Assembly (NCBI GenBank): GCA_965238005.1
Contig: OZ250165.1
Location: 1,342,195-1,406,194 of the forward strand
Direction of reading: 5' to 3'
Origin: Longimicrobiales bacterium
GTDB taxonomy: Bacteria > Gemmatimonadota > Gemmatimonadetes > Longimicrobiales > Gaopeijiaceae
DNA: 64,000 nucleotides
This document shows, piece after piece, positions 28,798 through 36,882 of the stretch. A program made the position numbers and the translations under genes. Numbering within the stretch: position 1 is the stretch's first letter; every line of letters starts with the position of its first letter. The notes beneath the pieces were generated by a model, which searched no databases, was not told the origin of the DNA, and saw only the letters and a program-made list of their open reading frames with translations.

Positions 28798-29994
28798 ATG
28801 GCAAAAGATCCCAGCTTCGAGAACGCCCTGGCGTTCGCCCAGGACCTGATCCGTATCCCCTCGCCCTCGGGGCAGGAAGGTGAAGTAGCCGATCGGATTC
28901 GCGGCGAGATGGAGGCCCTGGGCCTACAAGACATTCATATCGACGAGGTGGGGAACGTCATGGGCCGTGTGACGGGCCGGGGGGCCGCCCCGCCCGTGCT
29001 CCTCAACTGCCACACCGATGTGGTGGCCGAGGGCGATCATGCCGAGTGGGAGCACCCGCCTTTCGGGGGAGACATCTCGGCGGGTTTCCTTCATGGTCGC
29101 GGGTCCATGGATATCAAGGGTCCACTGGCCCTGCAGACGTACGCTGCCGCCGCCTTGACCGGGCGTGCCGCGGGAGACGTGATCGTGGCGCACACGGTCT
29201 TCGAGGAGCGGGGTGGTCTGGGCATGAAGCACCTCCTCGAGTCCGGGAGTGTGGAGCCGGGCGCCGTGGTGATCGGGGAATCGACGCAAGGAGACGTCTG
29301 CATCGGCCACCGGGGGCGGGGAGAGGTCGAGGTGGTGGTGCACGGCCTCGCTGGTCACGCCTCCGCCCCGGACCGGGCCCACAACGCCCTGGACCCCGTC
29401 CCTGAAGTGCTCGCCGCCGTCCACGAGCTAGCACGTGACCAGCCGGAGGATCCGGTTCTAGGTGCGTCTAGCCTGGTGGCGACCGGTGTGGACGTCCTGC
29501 CGGAGAGCCGGAACGTGATTCCCGACCGCGTCACCATCGTCCTGGACTGGAGGGTTCTGCCTGGCACGGACGACGAGGCCATGACCTCGCGCGTGCGGGA
29601 GGCCGTGAATCGTCGGCTCGGGGAGCTTCCGGACGGGTTCAGCCTAACCATATCCATGGCCAGGGAACGGCAGGCGACCTACACGGGAGTAACGTACGAG
29701 CGGAGCCTGTTCACTCCCGGCTTCCTCATGGAGCCCCTCGATCCCCTGGTCCTAGCCGCGGCTTCTGCGGTGGGGCGCCGCGACGGCGAGGGGCCAGCCA
29801 GGGTGCGTCCGTGGACGTTCGCCACCGACGGTGGATGGAGTCGAGGCGTTTTCGGCATCCCCACTGTGGGGTTCGCTCCGGGTGAGGAGCGTTTCGCTCA
29901 CACCAATCGCGAGCGGCTCGACGTAGAGGAAGCCCGTTGGGCCTACGCCCGTTACCCGGACCTGATCCTCGCGCTACAGGAGGAGCTCTCTTAG
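28798..29994 (+). CDS. M20 family metallopeptidase (ArgE/DapE/YgeY-like deacylase)
   Basis: 398-aa ORF with LNCHTDVV, GRGSMDIKG and FEERGGLG motifs. Confidence 0.85.
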   Translation: MAKDPSFENALAFAQDLIRIPSPSGQEGEVADRIRGEMEALGLQDIHIDEVGNVMGRVTGRGAAPPVLLNCHTDVVAEGDHAEWEHPPFGGDISAGFLHGRGSMDIKGPLALQTYAAAALTGRAAGDVIVAHTVFEERGGLGMKHLLESGSVEPGAVVIGESTQGDVCIGHRGRGEVEVVVHGLAGHASAPDRAHNALDPVPEVLAAVHELARDQPEDPVLGASSLVATGVDVLPESRNVIPDRVTIVLDWRVLPGTDDEAMTSRVREAVNRRLGELPDGFSLTISMARERQATYTGVTYERSLFTPGFLMEPLDPLVLAAASAVGRRDGEGPARVRPWTFATDGGWSRGVFGIPTVGFAPGEERFAHTNRERLDVEEARWAYARYPDLILALQEELS

Positions 29995-30164
29995 GAGCGG
30001 TCCCGCGGGCGCTCTTGGAACTTTATCCCCGGTAGCTCGCCACCCTCATGCCGGTGGCTGTGCGGGGGTACAAAACGCACGGGCATGGCATATATTAAGC
30101 GGCTCATCCCGCTCCGCCCGCGTGGCGGGGCCCGTGTGTACATACGGACCGTGGGAGAAAAACC

Positions 30165-30827
30165 ATGCGGCTATACGAGATCGTCTACATCTTCGACGCT
30201 ACCCTCGACGAAGATGCGGTCAATAAGAAGCTGGAGAAGTTCCATCCCCTCGTGATCGGAAGCGACGGCGAAGTCATGGCTGTCGATCACTGGGGGGTGC
30301 GTCAGATGGCCTACCCCGTGAAGAAGCAGAAGACAGGCAATTACGTGGTGGCGCAGGTTCGCGCCGGCTCCGACGGACTTCCGGAGTTCGAGCGGGTGCT
30401 CAGACTCGATACCGACCTCATGCGGTACCTGGTCGTCGTGAACGAGGGGGAGCCTACGTCGGGGAGGTCGATCCTCGGAGAGCCCCCCCCCCGCGCCCAA
30501 GAAGACGCTGATGACGACGATGACGATGACGACCATGCGGATCCTGATGACGAAGCGTCCGAGATCGATGATAACGCCGCCGTGCGGCACAGCCCTCCTG
30601 AGTTCAGCGGTGGCCGGGGACGCCGGCGTCGTATGGAGGGGCCGGTCATCGAGCTCCTCAACTACAAGGACGTTTCGACGCTGTCTCAGTTCATGACCGA
30701 GCAGGGAAAGATCTTGCCGAAGCGTACGACGAAGGTCACGGCCCGCTTCCAGCGACAGCTCGGACGCGCCATCAAGCGGGCCCGGTATCTGGCGCTGATC
30801 CCATACGTCCGGGACCACGAGGTCTAG
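30165..30827 (+). CDS. rpsF/rpsR: ribosomal protein S6 - S18 fusion protein
   Basis: Single 220-aa ORF. The N-terminal ~97 aa are S6 (MRLYEIVYIFD...GVRQMAYPVKK...YLVV). An acidic linker DADDDDDDDDHADPDDEASEIDD follows. The C-terminus is S18 (GRGRRRR...LNYKDVSTLSQFMTEQGKILPKRTTKVTARFQRQLGRAIKRARYLALIPY). Confidence 0.75.
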   Translation: MRLYEIVYIFDATLDEDAVNKKLEKFHPLVIGSDGEVMAVDHWGVRQMAYPVKKQKTGNYVVAQVRAGSDGLPEFERVLRLDTDLMRYLVVVNEGEPTSGRSILGEPPPRAQEDADDDDDDDDHADPDDEASEIDDNAAVRHSPPEFSGGRGRRRRMEGPVIELLNYKDVSTLSQFMTEQGKILPKRTTKVTARFQRQLGRAIKRARYLALIPYVRDHEV

Positions 30828-30848
30828 GCCTCCTCGGAGCGAGATCTC

Positions 30849-31790
30849 TTGGATTCCACGGCGCGGCCGGAGCGAACATGGCTACGGGCCGCCGCACTCC
30901 TGCTCGTCACTCTCGCGCTGGCAGTTGTCAGTGCAGGGGTGTTGGTGGCGGTACCGTTCCTGGTCCTCGCGCTGGTCTTGGGCGCCCGCAGGTTTCCGAC
31001 GGTGATGGCCGCCATTCTGGCCGTGATGGTCACATTGGGGGTTACAGCACGTGGCGGTATCTGGTATCTGGAGCGCGGGTGGGCGGTCGTCTTGGCGGGA
31101 TGGTTCGTGGTCCTGACGATGCGCTGGCCCGGCAGCCGGTTCTTCCCGCGAGCCTTGGGGGCCGTCCTGGGCACCTTCGCCCTCGTAGCGGCACTTCTGG
31201 CGCTCCAACCGGGCTCCTGGGCCATGGTGGACTGGCTCGTTACCGAGGGAATCATGAAGAGTGTCAGTCTGGCCATGAGCCTGCTGACGGTCCTGAACCC
31301 CGAACGGGACATCCCGACTGCCATGGTCAACAAAGTGTTCGCGACCGCGGCGCAGCAGGGAAGGCTCTTCCCGGCGCTTCTCGGTCTGTCGTCACTAGCG
31401 GGACTCGGAGTGGCCTGGTGGGGCTACGTTAGACTCTCTGCGGGGAATGACCAGGGATTGGGGCCGCTCAAGGATTTCCGGTTCAACGACCACTTTCTGT
31501 GGCTGTTACTGGTGGGGCTGACCTTGATCGTGCTCGGATTGGGTGAGGCATGGACGTTGGCGGGGACCAACGCCGTCGTGTTCATGGGCGGGCTCTATGC
31601 CATCCGAGGGGCCGCCGTGGTTCTGTTCTTCAACGGTGGTATCTCGCTGTTCGGTTTCTTGGCGGTGGCGCTCGGCATGTTGTTCCTTGCGCCTGTATTG
31701 ATCATAGGGGCGCTGGTCATCGGCGTCGGCGATACTTGGCTCGACCTACGCGCCAAGGCCGAGGCGTTGGCCAGCGGCACTGACTCGTAG
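30849..31790 (+). CDS. polytopic membrane protein (possibly YybS/DUF2232-like)
   Basis: 313-aa ORF with many hydrophobic helices. Its position between rpsR and rplI mirrors yybS in Firmicutes. The family call is inferred from synteny only. Confidence 0.55.
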   Translation: MDSTARPERTWLRAAALLLVTLALAVVSAGVLVAVPFLVLALVLGARRFPTVMAAILAVMVTLGVTARGGIWYLERGWAVVLAGWFVVLTMRWPGSRFFPRALGAVLGTFALVAALLALQPGSWAMVDWLVTEGIMKSVSLAMSLLTVLNPERDIPTAMVNKVFATAAQQGRLFPALLGLSSLAGLGVAWWGYVRLSAGNDQGLGPLKDFRFNDHFLWLLLVGLTLIVLGLGEAWTLAGTNAVVFMGGLYAIRGAAVVLFFNGGISLFGFLAVALGMLFLAPVLIIGALVIGVGDTWLDLRAKAEALASGTDS

Positions 31791-31803
31791 ACGGAGACGG
31801 TCC

Positions 31804-32259
31804 ATGAAGCTCATTATGAGGAAGACGGTGGAGACGCTCGGAGGTGAGGGCGACATCATCGACGTAAGGCCGGGTTACGCGCGCAACTATCTGATTCCCC
31901 AAGGACTCGCGTACGTGGCGAGTGACGCCAACCTGAAGAGGTTGGAGGAGGAGCATGCGCGGGCCGAGGAGAGCGCCAGGCACGACTACCTGGAGGCGCG
32001 TCGTCGGGCGTCCCAGCTCGAAGGCACGTCGCTCGTATTTCACGTCAGAGCGGGGGATGACGGCAAGATGTTCGGCTCCGTAACGAACGCCGACGTCGCC
32101 GATCAGTTGAACCATGGAGAGCTGGACTTCGAGGTGGACCGACGCACCGTCATACTCGAAGAGCCGTTGAAACTCCTGGGGACCTTCAAGGTGCCGGTTC
32201 GCCTCCACAGTCAGGTCGAGGTCGACGTGGAGGTTCGTATGGAGCGAGGCGAGGAGTAA
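31804..32259 (+). CDS. rplI: 50S ribosomal protein L9
   Basis: MKLIMRKTVETLGGEGDIIDVRPGYARNYLIPQGLA. Confidence 0.9.
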   Translation: MKLIMRKTVETLGGEGDIIDVRPGYARNYLIPQGLAYVASDANLKRLEEEHARAEESARHDYLEARRRASQLEGTSLVFHVRAGDDGKMFGSVTNADVADQLNHGELDFEVDRRTVILEEPLKLLGTFKVPVRLHSQVEVDVEVRMERGEE

Positions 32260-32299
32260 GCCTCTAGAGGTCGGGATGTGAGATCAGTCGAGCACCGAC

Positions 32300-32644
32300 G
32301 TGTCCGAGATTGGCCAAGACGTGCAGCGAGCAGCGGAGTTCGCCCTCGAACGCAAGGCAGCCGACGTGGTTGCACTCGACCTGAGGGGCATCTCGAGCGC
32401 CACGGACTACTTCCTGCTCGCCACCGGGCAGTCCGACGTCCAGGTGAAAGCCATCGCCGACCACGTCATCGGGGAACTGAAGAAGGAGGGTATCCGACCG
32501 GCCCATGTCGAGGGGCTGCAGGGGGGCCGCTGGGTCCTCGTCGATTACATCGAGTTCGTGGTGCACGTCTTCCACCCGGGGGCACGGGAATTCTACCAGC
32601 TCGAGGTTCTTTGGGGGGACGCTACGATGCATGAGTTCAAGTGA
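32300..32644 (+). CDS. rsfS: ribosome silencing factor RsfS (iojap)
   Basis: VALDLRGISSATDYFLLATGQSDVQVKAIADHV...WVLVDYIEFVVHVF...FYQLEVLWGDA. Confidence 0.9.
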   Translation: MSEIGQDVQRAAEFALERKAADVVALDLRGISSATDYFLLATGQSDVQVKAIADHVIGELKKEGIRPAHVEGLQGGRWVLVDYIEFVVHVFHPGAREFYQLEVLWGDATMHEFK

Positions 32645-32792
32645 CGAGGACTGCCGTACCGCACCCCTTGTCAAGCCCTTGTTTACAAGCGTCCGGGTGG
32701 ACATGTAGCTTGAGGTGGCAGCCGAAACGAGCTGCCCAACGGACGCATCGACGGAGGCTGCAATCCAACCCTCGCTAGGAGCGTAGGGCCCG

Positions 32793-34325
32793 TTGGATCG
32801 GGGCCACTCGCGACTGTACCCGTTCGACCCCGACTCCGGTCGTCTACCGGAGGTCGCGGCACCCGGCGCACTCCTCTCCGGCGCCGGGAGGGGCGTCGTC
32901 ACCCTCATCGTCGCCCCGGACGTCATCCGGTCATCCTGGAGTCCCGCTGCTGCCGTGGCCCTCGCCCGAGCTTGGTTCGGTCAGGGCCACCGTGTCCTCC
33001 TCTGCGATCTGTCACTCACCCGGCCCGTGCTTCACGAGAAGTTGGGGCTACCGAATGCCGTTGGCATCATCGACGTCGTCCTCCGGGAGGCACCGATCCC
33101 TTCAGTGGCACAACAGGCGGGGACGCCGGGCTTCCAGTTCGTTTCCGTCGGGACGCCGATCGAGGATCCCACAGAAGTCACTCTGAGCGATGAATGGGCC
33201 GCCTTCGTGGAGGAGGTGGTGGACGCTCAGGCCACGGTCCTGTTCTATGTGCCCTCAGACCTACCGGGTGTGGATGCTCTGGTAGCCCGCAGCGCTGCGA
33301 CGCTGCTCTTGGCCGGCGACCCCGCCGAGGCGGAATGGGTGGCCCAGTCCTTCGCTCTCGACGATGTGGCAGGCCTCGTGGAGGACCGGGGTGAGGAGGG
33401 GGCGCAGGCGGCGGAGCCGCCGGAGCAGGCGGCAGAGCCGCTGGAGCAGGCGGCAGAGCCGCTGGAGCAGGCGGCAGAGCCGCTGGAGCAGGCGGCAGAG
33501 CCGCTGGAGCAGGCGGCAGAGCCGCTGGAGCAGGCGGCAGAGCCGCTGGAGGCACCCCGGCAGGCCGCTGCGGACGACTTCGGCTCCACTGCTGATTCGG
33601 GCGCCCTTGCAGAAGTGCAGGAGGGGACCGAGAACATGAGTGAGGAGCCCGATCCTGAGCCGAGGGTCATCCCGTGGCGGCCGGCGCTGGCCGGGACCCT
33701 AGTGGGGCTGGGGGCCCTGGCCTTGTGGCAGATCATGTTCACAACGCCGGAACCCGTACCGCCGTTGGTAGAGCCTGCTGCTCCCCAGCCACCCGTTTCC
33801 TCGGCGCCATCGACGTCGCCGGCCGGGCCGCACCAGGCGTATTCGCTGGCACTGGCTGCCTACCAGGCGGGCGAGACCGCCGGACGGCAGGCCGAGCGGA
33901 TGGCCCAGCGGCGTCCGGACCTGCTCTTCATCGTCGCTCCGGTGCGAGTGTCGGGCCGCGTCTATCATCGGGTCCTCGCCGGCCCCGCTGAGGACTCTCT
34001 GGCGGCCGAGCGCCTGCGGGCCTCTCTGGCGGAGACGCTTTCCGACGAGGATGCGGCTCGTTGGATCGTGCGTCCGACCCCCTTGGCATATGGTTTCGGG
34101 GAGTTCGAGTCGTCGGAGGCGGCGCAGGTCCGGGTGGCGGAGGTTCGCAGCGCGGGTATTGGCGCATATGTCCTCGAGATCGAGGGCATGCAGAGGCCCC
34201 TGTTCCGGGTGTATGCCGGAGCCTATCAGAGCCCTGGGGAAGCCGAGGTCATGGGGGCAGCGTTGAATGCGTCGCCGGGGGGCGCACCGGAGCTCGAGCG
34301 ACGGATAGGTCGATATGTGCGTTGA
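32793..34325 (+). CDS. paralog A: degenerate BY-kinase/MinD-like domain, acidic repeat linker, TM helix and two SPOR domains
   Basis: 510-aa ORF. The N-domain VVTLIVAPDVIRSSWSPAAAVALARAWFGQGHRVLLCDLSLTRPVLHEKLGLPNAVGIIDVV parallels BY-kinase ..GEGKS...VLLIDADLRRP.LH..FGL.N..GL..VL but has no GK[ST]. The TM helix is LAGTLVGLGALALWQIMF. The C-terminal SPOR-like units are YSLALAAYQAGETA...RVYHRVLAGP and YGFGEFESSEAA...FRVYAGAY. The start (TTG 32793) is uncertain. Confidence 0.7.
   Translation: MDRGHSRLYPFDPDSGRLPEVAAPGALLSGAGRGVVTLIVAPDVIRSSWSPAAAVALARAWFGQGHRVLLCDLSLTRPVLHEKLGLPNAVGIIDVVLREAPIPSVAQQAGTPGFQFVSVGTPIEDPTEVTLSDEWAAFVEEVVDAQATVLFYVPSDLPGVDALVARSAATLLLAGDPAEAEWVAQSFALDDVAGLVEDRGEEGAQAAEPPEQAAEPLEQAAEPLEQAAEPLEQAAEPLEQAAEPLEQAAEPLEAPRQAAADDFGSTADSGALAEVQEGTENMSEEPDPEPRVIPWRPALAGTLVGLGALALWQIMFTTPEPVPPLVEPAAPQPPVSSAPSTSPAGPHQAYSLALAAYQAGETAGRQAERMAQRRPDLLFIVAPVRVSGRVYHRVLAGPAEDSLAAERLRASLAETLSDEDAARWIVRPTPLAYGFGEFESSEAAQVRVAEVRSAGIGAYVLEIEGMQRPLFRVYAGAYQSPGEAEVMGAALNASPGGAPELERRIGRYVR
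33408..33554 (+). repeat. in-frame 21-nt tandem repeat, 5 identical copies flanked by 2 degenerate ones (AAEPLEQ heptad)
   Basis: GCGGCAGAGCCGCTGGAGCAG occurs identically at 33429, 33450, 33471, 33492 and 33513. Degenerate copies lie at 33408 and 33534. Confidence 0.9.
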
Positions 34326-34472
34326 GGGCCGATACTCCTACGATTCCTGTGGACCTCCCCTAGAGGGTGGGTTACCTTTGCCGCCATCACGACGGGGATC
34401 GCGAGGTCTCTGTTCCTCTGGTGCATCGTGCCCGTCGCGGCGCGGAATCTTCACCATGCGAAGGGTGCACGG

Positions 34473-36701
34473 ATGAGCCCAGATATTCCAACCTGGCAGC
34501 CCATAGATCCGGCCAACGAGGGCCTGCCCGAGCACGTCGACGCCGTGCTGGATTCCTTCGATTCCACCACGGGCTGCGTCGTTCTCCTGGTGGCGCCTGA
34601 GATCGATCGACGCTGGGGGGCGGACGTGAGCCTGCTCGTCGCCCGGGGCTGGGCCGCCAAGGGGCGAAGCGTCCTGCTCGCGGACGCGTCCCTCGAGGAC
34701 CCGGTTCTCCACGAGTCGGTAGACGGCACGAATGATGAGGGCGTGTCCGACGTCATGCTCTACGGAGCGTCGGTGAAGCGTGTGGCCCGATCCGTCGGGG
34801 GCGGAATCTTCTTTGCTCCGGCCGGGACCCCTGTGGGCGACGCCGAGGAAGTTCTGACGCACCCAAAGTGGGATACCGTGATCAGCGGCTTCCGGGAGGT
34901 GGGGGCGGTGCTCCTGCTGCATTTGTCAGCGGCCACGACCGGAGCTCGGGCCCTCCTGGACCAGGCGGCGGGAGTCATCGTCGTCGCGGAGGGGGTTGGG
35001 GATGTGTCGTCAATCCTGGGCTCCGCGTCGGATCGGATCCTGGCCGTGCTCGGTCCGGAGGCTGCTGGTGAGATCGCCACGCCGGTCGTGGAGCCTGAAG
35101 TCGACCTGACGTCCGAGCCGGAGCCTGAGCTCGTAGCGCCGTCTGAGGCAGAGTCAGAACCAGAGCCGGAGGTCGAGACTCCCCTCGAGGCCGAAGTCGT
35201 TCCGGCCGGCGTCACGGAAGAGCCGGCTGGTGACGCGGGACTCTTCTCGATGGAGGGACTCCCCGACTCAACCGGCAGTGCGGCGGACGAAGTCGACGAT
35301 TCGGAGGGGCTCAGTCTCGAAGCCGTGGCAGGATCGCAGTACGACGCGTCCGACGAAGCCCAAGCGGAGGCTCCTCTCGCCGGAGCCCTTGATGAGATGG
35401 AGCCCTTGGAGGTTGAGCCAGTAGAGGTGACCCCCCCAGAGGCGGAGGAGGCGGAGGAGGTGGAGGCCGCGGAGGTCGCGGAGGTGGAGGGACCGGCGAC
35501 AGCCGATGAGGCGGCCGTCGAAGAGCCGGGCCTGCCAGCCGTCGAGGGTGTGACGGGATCCAAGGTCGAGATGGACGAGGCGGCGGCGGCCGAGGATGCC
35601 CATCTGGACAGGGACTTCGAGACGGGGGCCGGATTCGATTTGGAGGACGCTCCGGACGACCTCAGCTTCGGAGACGGCGACCTCGAGGTGGAAGCCAGCC
35701 CCCTCGCGGAAGAGGTCCTTCCGGAATGGAGGCTGGCGGCAGCGGCAGCGAGAGATCTCAGCGCCGCCGCGGGAGACTCGGCCTTCGACGATCCCGATCT
35801 GGGTTCGCCCGAGCCTGTGGCACCCCTGGCCACCAGTGATGCTGCTCCCGGGGATCCTTCGGTGGGCGCCGGCGAGTCCATCGCCGTGGATGCGGCCGTC
35901 GAGGCAATGGGAGCCGGCACTGATGCGCTCCCCGAAGACACGGTTGGCGAGACTGCCGTCGACCTGGAGGAAGGCCCGCCTCACAAGATGACGGGGTTGG
36001 AGGAGTTGGATCGGCGGCGAAAGCGGGGAGCCAGGGTCCGGCAACTGCTGGTGGGCATGGCCACAGCGCTGATCGTGGGGGGCGGAGGCATCACGGCCGC
36101 GTACTTCGGCTTCATCAACATCCCCGGGGTCACACCGCCTGAGCGCGTGCGCTCTGCAGTGCCACCCCCGATTGAGCTACCCGGCCCGACCCCCGAGACG
36201 CCAGTGATAAGCCACGTGCTCACGGTCGATGCCTGGCGCAGCATGGAAACGGCCTCGAGTACGGTGGACGCGCTCCGGGGGCGGCTTCCCGAGCTTCTGT
36301 TCTTCGTGACCGTTATCGAGGTGGCTGGGGCCGACCAATACGCGCTGCTCGCAGGCCCCGCCTTCAGCGCAGTGGAGGCAGACGCCCTGAAGGAGCCTCT
36401 GGCTGAGGTCCTGGACCGCCTCAATCCGGCTATGTGGACCGTTCAGGAGGCGAGATACTCGTTCTTCTTCGGCGAGTACGCCGAGGCGGCGGACGCTGCC
36501 GGCAGGGTCCAGTCGCTGGCCGTTCTCTCCATACCGGCTCACGTCCTGGAGGTGAGCTATGCCGATGGAACCACGGGGCTGCGCGTCTATGGCGGAGCTT
36601 TTGTGGACGAGTTCCAGGCCGTTGCGATGGGGCGACTCCTTCGTGCGAACGACCTGGGTGATGTACGTCTGACTCTACGGAGGGGCCGACTGCCCCAATG
36701 A
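34473..36701 (+). CDS. paralog B: degenerate BY-kinase/MinD-like domain, long acidic linker, TM helix and two SPOR domains
   Basis: ATG 34473 in ORF 34428..36701. The N-domain is VVLLVAPEIDRRWGADVSLLVARGWAAKGRSVLLADASLEDPVLHESV (no Walker A Lys). A ~330-aa Glu/Asp/Ala/Pro-rich region follows. The TM helix is LLVGMATALIVGGGGITAAYFGFI, followed by two SPOR-like units. The stop overlaps an smc-like ATG (ATGA). Confidence 0.75.
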   Translation: MSPDIPTWQPIDPANEGLPEHVDAVLDSFDSTTGCVVLLVAPEIDRRWGADVSLLVARGWAAKGRSVLLADASLEDPVLHESVDGTNDEGVSDVMLYGASVKRVARSVGGGIFFAPAGTPVGDAEEVLTHPKWDTVISGFREVGAVLLLHLSAATTGARALLDQAAGVIVVAEGVGDVSSILGSASDRILAVLGPEAAGEIATPVVEPEVDLTSEPEPELVAPSEAESEPEPEVETPLEAEVVPAGVTEEPAGDAGLFSMEGLPDSTGSAADEVDDSEGLSLEAVAGSQYDASDEAQAEAPLAGALDEMEPLEVEPVEVTPPEAEEAEEVEAAEVAEVEGPATADEAAVEEPGLPAVEGVTGSKVEMDEAAAAEDAHLDRDFETGAGFDLEDAPDDLSFGDGDLEVEASPLAEEVLPEWRLAAAAARDLSAAAGDSAFDDPDLGSPEPVAPLATSDAAPGDPSVGAGESIAVDAAVEAMGAGTDALPEDTVGETAVDLEEGPPHKMTGLEELDRRRKRGARVRQLLVGMATALIVGGGGITAAYFGFINIPGVTPPERVRSAVPPPIELPGPTPETPVISHVLTVDAWRSMETASSTVDALRGRLPELLFFVTVIEVAGADQYALLAGPAFSAVEADALKEPLAEVLDRLNPAMWTVQEARYSFFFGEYAEAADAAGRVQSLAVLSIPAHVLEVSYADGTTGLRVYGGAFVDEFQAVAMGRLLRANDLGDVRLTLRRGRLPQ

Positions 36702-36802
36702 AACTCCGATCGCTTCGCGTTCATGGGTTCAAGTCCTTTGCTGACGCCACGGTCATCGACTTCCGGCGCCGACGAGATCGTCCCGCCGGCCATGGAGCCT
36801 GA
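36698..36802 (+). pseudogene. duplicated 5' stub of smc (22 smc codons, then out-of-context sequence and a stop)
   Basis: Encodes MKLRSLRVHGFKSFADATVIDF, identical to SMC residues 1-22 at 38688. It then reads RRRRDRPAGHGA and stops at 36800-36802. Confidence 0.8.
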
Positions 36803-36882
36803 AGTCGACATGACGCCCGAGCCGGAGCCTGAGTTCGTAAGCGCCGCTCGAGGCAGAGTCAGAACTGGAGCCGGAGGTAGAG

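Noticed and set aside
30511-30696. 61-aa alternative-frame ORF within the S6-S18 linker
   Set aside because: The product (MTTMTMTTMRILMTKRP...) is a frame artefact of the GAY-rich linker. It would matter only if the poly-C run is one base shorter than assembled.
33408-33554. Possible CRISPR-like repeat array
   Set aside because: The repeats are 21 nt, directly abutting with no spacers, and in frame within a coding acidic linker. No cas genes are present in the window.
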